Source: Psammoneis japonica (taxonomy: Eukaryota). Taken from it: a stretch of DNA of 64,000 nucleotides. Where the stretch lies: positions 248,001-312,000 of the forward strand of contig QPGO01000037.1 of the NCBI GenBank assembly GCA_008632985.1, written 5' to 3'. The notes under the pieces are model-generated. The model had not been told where the DNA came from. It did no database searches and saw only the letters and a program-made list of their open reading frames with translations. Shown piece after piece: positions 51,581 to 63,300 of the stretch (positions are counted from its first letter, which is position 1; each line of letters opens with the position of its first letter). Made by a program: the position numbers and the translations under genes.

Positions 51581-53498
51581 ACTGCAGATGCAACAAGGGA
51601 TTGACTCAACCGATGAAATGCTTTTCTTGTTTAAAACAATGTTTGCGAAAATTGACAAACCAAGGATTGTGTGGAAATGCAATCGCGCATTGGCACATGG
51701 CAACAAGGTGGAGGCAGATGTGGTGATGTGGATGCAGTGAAAAATGGCACACACAATTCTCAACAAGTTGTTGCAACATTGGTGTGGCAAACTTGCAACC
51801 AGAGGTTGGCCTTTCATCATGTGACGACAATGTTTTGCAACATTTTGACAAATTGTCATCATGTAAATCCACACATTTTTAACATTTTGTGCACTCTGAT
51901 GATGTCCAGTGTTCCTCATTTGTGGTGCCAAGTTTGAAGCAAAATGCAAAAGGCAAGCCAGCAAGATCTTTCTTGTCTCTCTTTGCCAAAATTGATTGCT
52001 TTGGCCGCTTCCTCATCTGCATGTGCTTTCCCTCTTTTGTGGTTGTTGGTTCTTTGCAGCTTGTCAAAGTGAGTCTGAAGTCCAGCTCTCATTGCTGTGA
52101 AGTGGTGCTAAAACCATTGCTGGCACCCCTTCTGTCTTTAGATGCAATGCTTGCCTGCCATTCAGTTCCACCCATTTTTGGAAACCCCCATGCCAGCATG
52201 AGATGCTGGGAGTGCACAACAACTTTGTCTTGTTGGGACAGAAAGAGTGGCTGTTTTTCTCTGGTTTTTGAGTGCTCGAGTTTCCTCCAAATTGACAGTC
52301 ACATGTTTCTTGGTGATTTCATGGAGGAAATCAAAGTTGTCAACATGAAATTCAGTGTCCTTGGTGCAATGGAAACCATGGTCATTGTCAGCTGGCATCT
52401 TTTCCTCCACCTTGAATGCTCCTGTCTCTGCCTTTGTGAGCTGGGTGCTGCACCCACATCTGTGATGCCACAGCTCCATTTGGGCAAGGGACTCCTTTGT
52501 TGGTTCAGATTTTTTCTTGGAGCACTGCATCAGGTTGTTCATGGCCATCAACACAAATTTTTTTTTCATGTGTCATGCTCAAAACCCAAGCATTTCAACA
52601 GCCACCAGCAGTGCCGTCCAGTTGTTTTTGACACTGCCTTGTCGCTGCAGCACCTGACAAGGATGTCACAGAAAAGAGCCAAGTTCTCATCTTCAGCATC
52701 TTTCTGTTCATGGAATTTTTCCACAAGTTCTGGGATGGCTGTCTTGCTCAAACAGTCAGATGCCATTTGGAACGCAAGATCTTCAAGGTTGCTGATGTGG
52801 CACGCACCTGGCCCTTTCCAGCTTCTGAAAAATGCTCAAACAAGTCAGGCAGTTTTTTCTCTTGCTTTGGTGGCATGGGACAGAGGGAAATGCCCATGGT
52901 TGCTTCTGAGCTGAGTGTTCCAGGCTCCAACAGCTGCTGCTGTTGCAGCTTGCACAGCTCCTGGCGTGCTTCTTGGCTGGGTGCTTTGCGCTGTCCACAT
53001 CTGACCTGAGCTCCATGCCAGTTCTTCAAGAGCACACAAACAGGACACACACACACATCAGTGCATCTTCTCCACATGCACAGCTTTCATCCCATGATGC
53101 TGTCTGAGGGAGGGGTGCTGGAGTGTGAAAAAAGCGAGAGTTGGCAGCATTTCACCGTGGCTGTTTTTGGCACAAGATGGTGATGACAGCAACAACAGCG
53201 CCTGTTTTGGCAATGGTGGGAGCAACAGCATCGGGCACACCAGTCAAAAGAAATGCAGGGGGTGAAGTCAGCATTTGTGCCTTTGCCTGTGGGAGGCAGC
53301 AGAGCAAAAAATGACAGCACCAGCTTGTGGGTTCTCACCTCATGCGAGGGACAACAGACGATTAGGGCCCTGCGCCTTTACGCGACGCGACGATACGATT
53401 TATGCACGTCTGCGTACGTGCGTCGACCGCGTCGACCGTGTCCGTCGCAAGCCAAGCCGCCAAAAGCACAGCGACAACGGGTATGGTATGAAGCAAAA

Positions 53499-54307
53499 CG
53501 GTGCTTGGCGATGAGAACCCGACCACATCATGGCAGTTATCAAGCAACCAATCAACTTGGCGAGATAACACCGAGAGAGGGCCACTACTCTAGGTTGGCG
53601 AAGTCGTCATGAAATCGATAAGTGAAAACGCGACAAGCGCTTTCGAAAAATTGTCTTCGAGAGAATCAATCAACGAGCAACGAGGATATATTTTGTCAAT
53701 AAATGTTTGCCAACGTTTATGGTAAAGGGCAAATACACTCGCGGTTTTTTCAAAGACAGTGTCTCCCAAGAAGTCGATCGCGGAATTGTTAACAGAAACA
53801 ATAGCACCGATAAATGTTGGCCACAAGCAAGGATATTCTCAACATATATTTATTGCTGATAGAGACAAAGACTTCCAAGACCTCGACGCAGAAAGCCAAG
53901 CAACCAATGCCCAATCACCTCGTGAGGAGGCACCTTCGGTGCTTGGCGATGAGAACCCGACCACATCGTGGCAATTGCCGTCGAAGACTTATCATTTAAG
54001 GAGTGGGCAGGGGAGGGCAACTGGTGCCAGTCACATTGTTTATTGAGATATAACACCGAGAGAGGCCACTAGGTTGGCAAAGTCGTCATGAAATCGATAA
54101 GTGAAAACGCGACAAGCGCTTTCGAACAATTGTCTTCGAGAGAATGAATCAACGATGATAAAATTTTGTCAATAAATGTTTGCCAACGTTTATGGTAAAG
54201 GGCAAATACTCTCGCGGTTTTTTCAAAGACAGTGTCTCCCAAGAAGTCGATCGCGGAATTGTTAACAGAAACAAATGGCACCAATAAATGTTGGCCAACA
54301 TTTATTG
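53499..54307 (+). repeat. Recent tandem duplication (~53499-53823 and ~53937-54297) ending in a perfect 26-bp palindrome
   Basis: Near-identical blocks cggtgcttggcgatgagaacccgaccacatc and aagtcgtcatgaaatcgataagtg...gttaacagaaaca. caataaatgttggccaacatttattg at 54282-54307. Confidence 0.92.
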
Positions 54308-54419
54308 TTGGTCTCCTTAAATAGGATGAACTGTGAACCCTAAAAGCAAAGTTGTGGGAAGGATCAAAATCCTCTGGTACCATAAAAAAGCGAAACCAAC
54401 AAACGAAATCAGTGAAACA

Positions 54420-56440
54420 ATGAAACTCTTTAAGCAAAACCGGTTGTGTGGCTGGATCCTTGCGGCTTCAGTCCTTCTTCGAGCCTGTGAGATGGTTGAG
54501 GTTCTTGCTGGGACGGACGAGCCATGGAACGATGAGGTAAGTGCCTCCAGTCGTCTTGTATCGACCGAACCACAAGAACAAAACTTTGGCACGGAAGCTA
54601 ATCTTGTCCCGGTTTCTCTATAACCTCGTAGGCTACGACGCAAGAAGCCAGCGATTCCGATTCACGGGGCCTTCAACCCGTATCAGATGATGGGGTCCAA
54701 GGAGGCGCATTTGGAACAGATGACAACAACGAACTCGAGAAGAAGCCGCTCTCTACAGGGGACTTCCATCTACGAGCAAGTGGTTCCAACGCAAGACGTC
54801 TTCCAAATCTATCAGATCGGGACCAAGGAGGCACGTTTGGAACAGATGATACCAACGATCCAGAGAAAAAGCCGCTCTCAACGGTGAGTTTTCGTCTACG
54901 AGATTTGCTTGCACAACGTTCACGTCGAATTCTTCCTCATCACGCATCGGTTTCCGCTTTTGACCACCAGCATGTTACTCCGTACGACGACCCAGACGTG
55001 GAGGGGGAGGAACAGGACCCTTCCGTTGTAGCACGACGTCTTGGCCCGGGAATGACCGTGGTGTCCAGGACGTCGTTGCCGTCCCTGTCTTATCGGAACC
55101 CACCTTATCGAACTCTTGTGCAAGTGCAAGGTGACTACGCGTTTCTCGGCATTTGGGGGTCCAACAAAGTGCTGATCTACGACATTTCGGATCCGTCTAT
55201 TCCCAGACATGTTGCGTCTGTCGACACGTGCTTTGGGCGCAACATTCATGACATTTGGGTTTCTGGCACTCATCTGTGGGCATCACACCGATTTGGTGGA
55301 CTCACAATGATTGACATATCAAATGCCAGATATCCAGTGACCCCACCAAAATGCTTTTCGGAAACATACAACCACAGGGGTCTGATCTCCAAGGGAAACT
55401 ACTTGTTCTACTCCGGACGATATCACTTCTCAATCTACGAGATAACGGGTGATACGCTGCGTCTGGCTTCACGTGCCCAGGGCATTCCCGGGGATGGCTG
55501 GGAGATGGCTGTGACCGAAAATTATGCATACGTGGTGACCGATAATCATCTTGAAGGCTCCGTCTACATATACGATGTATCAAACAAGGCAGCTCCTTCT
55601 CGGGTTGGGATTCTCAGTCCACCAAGCGGTACATATCCTCCGGCATTTAATATGATTGTCTCCCGTGACCAGACGAGACTTTATGTAGGAGTTCGGAATG
55701 CATCGGGTTATGGCGAAGGATTTGCTATCTACGACATTGCCGGTGCAAATGCTGCGAACCCCCGACTCCTTGGGCGTGTCTCCAACCACCTGTTTGCATT
55801 TAATTTGGCACTTGATGACGAGAACAAAATCCTTTACGTCAGGGATCACTGGACTAGTGCAAAAATCAGTGCCTACGACGTGCAAGATGCCACATCGCCA
55901 CGATTGATCGATTCATATGACTTCCCACAGACCACTTGGGACGCAGGACATGGCCGAACCGAGTACCAACTAAGCGGCGTGTGGTACTCTAACGGATATG
56001 TCTACTTTGTCAATGGAAATGATCTCGTCATTCTCCGAGCTCCCACGTCAAGGGTCTGCAAAGGATATGAGTTGTTCAACGAGGTGACCAAGACGCCACT
56101 GACTGGGCCTTGCTATTCGTACGACAGGCTTTACCAGGATTTGTGCCCGCCCGTCAACACGGGGGTTGCCAACCCTCAGTATCTTCCTCCTGGCGGCAAC
56201 AGCCCTACCTGTCCTGGCTATTGCTGCGGAAATTGGGGCTCAGGCGGGACTTGTCCCATCTCGTGGGAAAATAGCTGGCGGCACGCGTTCCCAACAGTGA
56301 TCGTTCCGGTATGCGACGGCAAGGACAAGCCTGGTGGATGTGAGGTTGTGTTGAAGGGTGGCCGGCCTTCCAAGTCATGTTCTGTCCGGGAAGGCAACTG
56401 GATCTTTCCATCTATCCGTGCTGGACTGGCAACGACTTGA
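54420..56440 (+). CDS. Secreted LVIVD-repeat beta-propeller protein with Cys-rich tail; exon 1 54420-54536, intron 54537-54631
   Basis: Signal-like N-terminus, in-frame GTAAGT..TAG intron, repeats VLIYDISDPSIP, LTMIDISNARYP, VYIYDVSNKAAP, AYDVQDATSPRL. A further in-frame intron at 54884-54970 is possible. Confidence 0.85.
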
Positions 56441-57099
56441 CGAGTGAGGTTCTCCTGGGAGTGAACACAAGGCGACTTTGTGCCTTCATGCTGGCGATTG
56501 CGCGCGTGGTCGCGGTACCACTTTCTATGGCCCCGGGTCCGTTCGATTCCCTGGTCTCTCTGAGCTACGCGTCGAATGTGCTTAGGACTGCCTTACATGT
56601 GGAATCGCCCTCGCCAGAAAGTTGAGATGATATACACATTTAATGGTTGATGCATGAAAAATCTTAGAAGACAGGATGTCACGGGTGATGAGATGTTTGC
56701 CGGCAAGAATGCCCACTCGTTCCTCCTTGCAGGTGTTCACATTTATAGAGTTGTCACATCTTAGTAGATCATGTGTTCAACGCAAAGCAATCATTCGCGA
56801 AGGACATTAGTCTCTCTAGAGAGCAGCCCTTTCTCAATGCTTTGTAGTCTCTAGCCGCCCATCGCCATCAATCCAATTCACCCTGCCGCATGAATCCTGA
56901 GAGAGATGTCACCGACCATCAACACACACATCACAAAGCACTTTTCACGACATGAGTTCACGTGTGCCGCGGAAGCACGAGACAAGGAGGCCTGTGGCTG
57001 GCTCCAAGTTCATGAAAAACGAAGAGGAAAAGGGAAGAGAAAAAGAAAGATCACATTTGTGCTGACACTGAGCTCAAAAAATCCATTGCTTTGTTAAAC

Positions 57100-58850
57100 T
57101 CTGTTGACTGTTGATTGCAATGCTTCAACACCCATGGCATCTCCAGCATTTCAAAAGTGTTGGATGTGCACACTTGATGTGTTTTGGTGGCTTTCCCATT
57201 CTGTGCCAGTCCAGTCACTGCATGAATTTGGCTGCCTTTGGCTGGCACAGAGGTGTGGGCTCTGGTGTTTTTCACCTCATGCCAGAAAAGGCAAGGCAGG
57301 ACATTGTGCTTGTCCCTGCTGAGTTGCCGCTCAATGTGAAAAGCTTGGGGTTGCAGACAAAGAAGAAGGTGTGATGAAGATGGGCTGTCACTTTGTTTTG
57401 CTGAGCATGCCATTGATGATGCATCAAATGGCTGGCAGCTGGTGGCACCAAACTTGGTGTTGCAAAAGGAGCGGCATTGGGCACAGTCAAAGGTGTGTCA
57501 GATGGGCCATTGCTTGGCTCTGCCCAGGAGATGCCCTTTTCAGACTGCCAGGCATTGGATGCACTGCCAGCACTGCATTGTTGCCCACTGTGTGCCACAC
57601 TTGTCATGCAAAAATGACAGAGTGCAAGATCTCCTGACATGCACTCCAGCTCCAGGGGGTGGGACCTTGCAGTGCTGGACTGCAACATTGATGCATCTTG
57701 TCAGGCACCACATGTCATGCACATGCACACATTTCTGCATGACTTTGGTCACACCACGCATCATTTTGCAGTGCAGTTGTTGGGTGATCTGCACTCAGCA
57801 TTAACTTTTGACTTTTTTGTGGCTGCAATGCTGCAGAATTGTGCACACATTTGCAAAAAGAGCGCAGTTGTGAAGAGGTGTAATTGTGCTGCAAACTTGG
57901 CCACTCTCACTCAGATTTTGAAGAGAAACACATTCATTGCCCAAGGTCCAAACTGCAGAACTTGCACACTGAATTCTGTGGGCCCGTGTCACATGGAGTT
58001 CTGCCCATGGCTGGAATGTGTCTCCTGCATTAGGAGCTCTCCCCACCCACCAAAGGCAGAAGCTCAGAACAAATGACAAGAGTGCATCAGTGCTCTTTTT
58101 TTGAAAACTGACAATGACAGAACCCCCAACAACAACAGCCTTTGGCAAGGATGTCATGATGAGTGCATCAAGCTCCCAATGAAAAGAAACTTTGGGCCCA
58201 TTTGAGCTCCAGCTCACTGCACTTGCTGCACTGACTATGTGTGATTTCTTTGGATTTTTTGAATCTGGGTGTGGTCCATGTGCAGCACTGTGATGTTCTG
58301 TCTGGCTCTTGTGGCACAGCACTGATGAAACCTGCACGCGGGGGTGTGTTTAACATGTGCAAAAGCCAAGTTGCTGAGCTGCTCCATTGGCTGCTTTTGC
58401 TGAATTTTGAGTGGTGAGGATGCCCCCCACACCACATTTTGTGGGTGCCTTTCCCTGCAAGATGTGTCTCTTCCACCAAGCTTGTCAATGCATCACAACC
58501 TCCACCACTCAAGGAAATCATGGAAAAGTGTGATTTGGGGTGGGGTGTGCAACATCCTTGGCCACACCAGGTGGAAAAACATCTTTTGATGTTGTGGAGC
58601 TGCCACTTGCTGCCCCCTGTGCATGGGAACATGAAAGACACTAATCTGGTCAAGGTGCTGGGTTGCAAACTTTGCCAGCAGGAAAGGGGGAAGCTGCAGA
58701 CTTGCTTGTGGTCATGCCAAAAAGTTGCCACTCAGACTGTCACAAAAAACATGGTGCCAGTGTTGTTGAACCAGCAAGTAAATGTCAACAAAAGGGGGCC
58801 CCACTGGGCGTCCTGTGCCACTTGGCATGCTTGCCTCAGCTGCTTGTGGC
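57100..58850 (+). repeat. Unknown repeated coding-like element, copy 2 (homologous to ~42.25-43.9 kb)
   Basis: Collinear blocks shared with copy 1. Confidence 0.75.
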
Positions 58851-59054
58851 AGCTGTGGGTTGCCCAAAAGTTGTCAATGCAAAAACTTCAAACCGGCAAC
58901 ACAACAGATTCCCAGTGGCACCAAATGATGAAATCATGCAAATCAAATGATGTGATTCACTCCACCAAAGAGTGAGATGAGCTGGCTGAAAGGTGAGAGA
59001 GAGATTGGGGTGATGATGAAATCTTGGTTGCAAAGAGTTGCCGAGTGAGCCATG

Positions 59055-59830
59055 TCAGGAGTCAAGTGTCCTTCCTTTGGTCCATCTAGATTCCTCATGA
59101 TTTCCCATGATCCAGGTGCTCCAATGCAACACTCCTGCTGCTTGAATTGATGCAATGCAGTGATGCTTTGCATCCAGGGGAGACTGATCCCTGTGGCATG
59201 TTGGCACAGCATTGCCATTCATGTTGGTTGCCTTGGCATTGATGCCCTGTAAGTCACGTGCAATGCCTTGCACACACTCCACAAAATGCTCCATGCAACT
59301 GTGGCAAGTCTTCTCTCTTGCAACTTTGCTTTGTGGACCAACTTCCTGCCCTTGATCCCACCATTGATTGTCTCAGGAGTGAACTTAAAGAACTTGATTT
59401 TGCAGCAAGCCCACCAACTTTTGGGATGTGCACGATCAATGACACGTGTGGAAGAATGAAGCCAACTTTTCAGTGTCACAGACAATGCCATTGGTGCCTT
59501 GCAACAGACTGCCTTGACTTGCTTCACCTCTGGGGAGGTGAGTGTGGTGTGGAGGTTCATGAAGGGACCACAAACCCCGAGTGCACCCGTGCCATTTGTG
59601 GGGCAACTGGCCATCAACAGCCTCTTCAAATTGTCAATGGCACATCTGTCTGAGGCAAACTGCAAGTTGTTGCCCTGCAATCCTGCAACACTCATCTTTC
59701 ACCATGTTTGTTGTGATTGTCATGTTTTCCAAAGAAATGATGGAATCTCATGCCTTGCCTTCAGGCTTGACACCCAACAAAATGCCAAAATTCCTTGCTG
59801 GTCTTGTGCACCTCCCCACCATGTGATTTG
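59055..59830 (-). pseudogene. Remnant of the unknown ORF downstream of pol in copia element C
   Basis: Homologous to 2072-2443 (aactgcaagttgt and gatggaatct blocks; GNNLQFA versus GDNLQLA). Confidence 0.5.
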
Positions 59831-60399
59831 ATTTCAGACAACACATTTGAGACCATTGGGGAGGGAGAACAATGGTGCAGTGGCAGACATGTGTCCATCA
59901 GGTTGTGCCTCTTCATTCACAGCTCATGCTGTGTTTCTGAACATTGCAAACTTTCTCTTGCACACTGACAAGCACTTCTGCCCCTTTCAACCTCCAGCAT
60001 TAATGAGCACACATCCTCTGTTGCATTGCAGCAGAGGCACCACAGATCTTGAGTCAGGGTGAAGTGCCTGTTCTGGGTCCACTGAGTCAACTCTTCTTCT
60101 GCTGTGTGGAGGCCCTTGTCTTGGAATCTCTTTTCATTCCTTGACTCTGTTCTTCCAGTCCTGCAAACATGTCCCAACAGTGCACAGCCAGTGCTGCATT
60201 GTTGTGCTGCTGTGTGGCACATTGCACTCATTGTTGCTGTGCTTGTTCACAACCAGCAATGTCATGGCTCTCTTCTGAAAAAAGTTGTGGCTGGTTGAGC
60301 CATGTGGCTCATGACCTTTTCCAGGTCTTTTGCCCACATGCATCAGAGTTCTCATCTGATGCAACAAATGGGGAACACTCCTGCAAACTTGAGGTTGAC

Positions 60400-63300
60400 A
60401 GCCCATGATGACTTGTTCAAACTTCTGAAACAGCTTCTTGCCCTGCAATGGCTTGGTCATGAAGTCTCCAAACACCAAGCATGTCAGCAGCATGACAATG
60501 CTGTGCTCTGAAAACTGGCCTTCTGATCAGCAACAATGACAAAATGACAAATGTCAGGCACTTTGGACTGCTTTTTGGCAGTCCTGTCTCATTGGTTTTC
60601 AACAGTGTGTGGTGCTCTTGTTGTCATGGTCACAACTCCTCCTGTGTAGCTTGCAAAATCTGGGTGCACAGTGAATGATGCGTCTGCATGTGCCACTTGA
60701 TTGCTTGGAGGTCTCCTTTGCACTCAGCACAGTGACTTTGTTTTGTGACCACCTCAAATGCTTGAGACACAATGGACTGGCATTGACAGGCTCTCTGACT
60801 CATGTGCACAGCACTGTGACAGTGGGGCACACATCCACACAACCTCTCTCAGGCATGAACAGCCCATTGGCCATCCACATGTGGAGCATCTTTGCTTTGT
60901 CAGTTGGCAATGTGCTGGTGCCACTGGCATCAAACAGGTTCTTTCCGGCTGGCATCATGGCAGCATCCACACTCTTTTGATCTCTTCTGGGAACTGGTTG
61001 ATCATCTTGCAAATGCAGCCAGTCATGTCAACCTTCACCTTGCCCTTGTGGCTGAAGTCCAGGGGCATGCCAAGGGAGTCATGCTTCTTCCCTCATGTTG
61101 GAGCAACTTTGCCATTGCTCCCACACACATCATTTTAGCCAGCTTGAAAATTTGCAGTTTGCTTTTGGGTTCTTGTGGCTTGACAACAGGTCATCCACAT
61201 GGAAGCACATGGTGTGCTGCTTGATGTTTGCCATTTGACTGGCAATGTGTGGACTGCACAGGCCAAATTTGAGCCTCAAAACCTCATCTTTGCAAAGTCT
61301 TTGCAAAGTTGCTTGGCACTTGCACCACAGTGGAGCTGTGTGACCAACATGATGCCATGTGCAGCTCCAATCACTTTGACACAAAGGGCTCTCTTCCCCT
61401 TTTCCATGACCACATGCAGTCTGCACAGGTTGGGATCAATGCTCACTGGCATCTTGACCAATGCTCCTGCAATCTTCACCATGATCCAGTCTTTGCCTTC
61501 CTCAGGCTCCAGGATCAAGGGCTGCACAAATGTGCTCAGAACATTGGCACTGCGTTCCTCAGCATCAACAACATCTGTTGATGGTGTTCCTTCTGATGAT
61601 GGCATCAGGTGGGCTAACTCAACCTTGTCTGGCCATTCTCTGGTTGGCTCCCCATTGCAAACCACTGGCCGTTTTGTGCGACAGTCTTGTTTCTCTGTTG
61701 GGAACATCAAGGCAACCACAACCTTGGTCCTCTCAGTCAGAGTCATGCCCTTGACTGTGATGCTGGTGCAAAGCACACTCAGTCATGCAGCTCTTCAGCC
61801 TCTTTCTCTGACTCATCATCATGCCCCTTCTGGCCAAGTGTTTTTGGGCCTTCATGAAGTGAACACTGTTGGGCAAAAGAAGTGCCATTTCCTGATTGGA
61901 GTCAGTGGTCAAACCTGCACATGAATTGTGCTGGCACCATTGCTGTTTTTGCATCACACTCAACGTCATCCTTTGGGTCAGGACTCACATTTGTTCACAA
62001 AAATGATGGAAGTGTTTGGCTTTGTTTTGCTCTTGTTCCAGTTCAATGATGTCTGCCACTCCTGCAAACTGAGCTTTTGTTTCTCTGTGTTCATGTGGTT
62101 TGATGTTGAAGAATGCAGCACTCTTCTTTGCCCCCACCAAATGTGGCTCTTGCCTGTTCCTCCAATCTTTCTCCTTCCTGTCCCATCTCTTGTCTTCCTG
62201 GGATTTGTTGCTGTCTTTTTCAGACTCTTTGTCTTCTTCACAATGTCTGCAACATTCTTCCTTGACTTCTTGGCACTGTTGGTGGTGGGACTGGATCTTT
62301 TGTCAGCCGGTGTCTGGCTTGCTTCTTCACATTCATCACATGAGTCAGGTTTGTCTTTGCAGTCTTCATCTTCTGACTTGGTTTTGCAGCTGGCATTGTT
62401 GGGCTCAGTTTTGTTTTTGTCTTTGTTTTTGCTGTCATTTTTGACTTTTGTTGCTTTTGTTGTTGACCACCCCTGCAGTCCAGACAGCATCACCCAGATT
62501 GTCTTGACATTTGCCCATGAATTTGAGCTCTTTGATGCCTTGTGATGTGGCCATCTTCTCAATGGCTCTCATGTGTTCATGTCAGTCAAGGGCACACCAG
62601 CGCACTTGTGGGGATTCAAAAGCTTGCCCGAGTGCAGGTTCATGACTCAGTGGACACCCTTGGGCAAATCAAAATGTGGTTGCAGGTAGATGCTTTCAAT
62701 GCCATGTGCATCCATGGTGTTCATTGGGTTGTTTTCAACATGAGATGGCACAAAGTCCCCAAAACAGAGCTCAAAGTGTTTGTTGCAGGCAAGGTTCCTT
62801 CATTGCATGTCAGTGAAAAAACTTTGGACATGACAGTTGTGTTCTTGAACACAGCATGCTTGCACATCAGTTTGGGTGTCATCTTGTGTGGTGGGTTGCA
62901 CACAATGGCTTCAGTTTGTTCCTTGCTGGTCTGCATGCTCCCCTCAACTTTGGGAACATGGTCACTTGTGTTTGTGGACACCAGCTCTAGATTTGTGCCA
63001 TCTGCATCTTCTGTCAGCATGGCCTTGATCTCAGGATCACACTCAACAAAGTTGATCTTGAAAAGAGCTGTGTTGCGCTGTTGGAGAATCATTGTCCAGT
63101 GCATCATAAAAATGTCAGCACACTTCTTGGACTTCAGTCTCACTCTCTTGATTGGCACTTGATGGTCTTAACTGTTGTGCACAGCAGCTCAGTGCTGCAT
63201 GCTTTCACAGTGTCAATGCAGAGGATCACACCTTCTCTCTGCATCTTGCAGGTCTCAGGTGCTGGCATGGCTGTGATGTTGTTCCTCTCATGGGATGATG

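Larger units (their letters stand above)
39485..53360. other. TpA-depleted hypermutated repeat domain 2 (CpG strongly depleted except ~44.76-51.8 kb and the edges)
   Basis: TA nearly disappears after ~39480 and returns at ~53363. Tyr to Cys/His in the encoded remnants. Confidence 0.92.
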
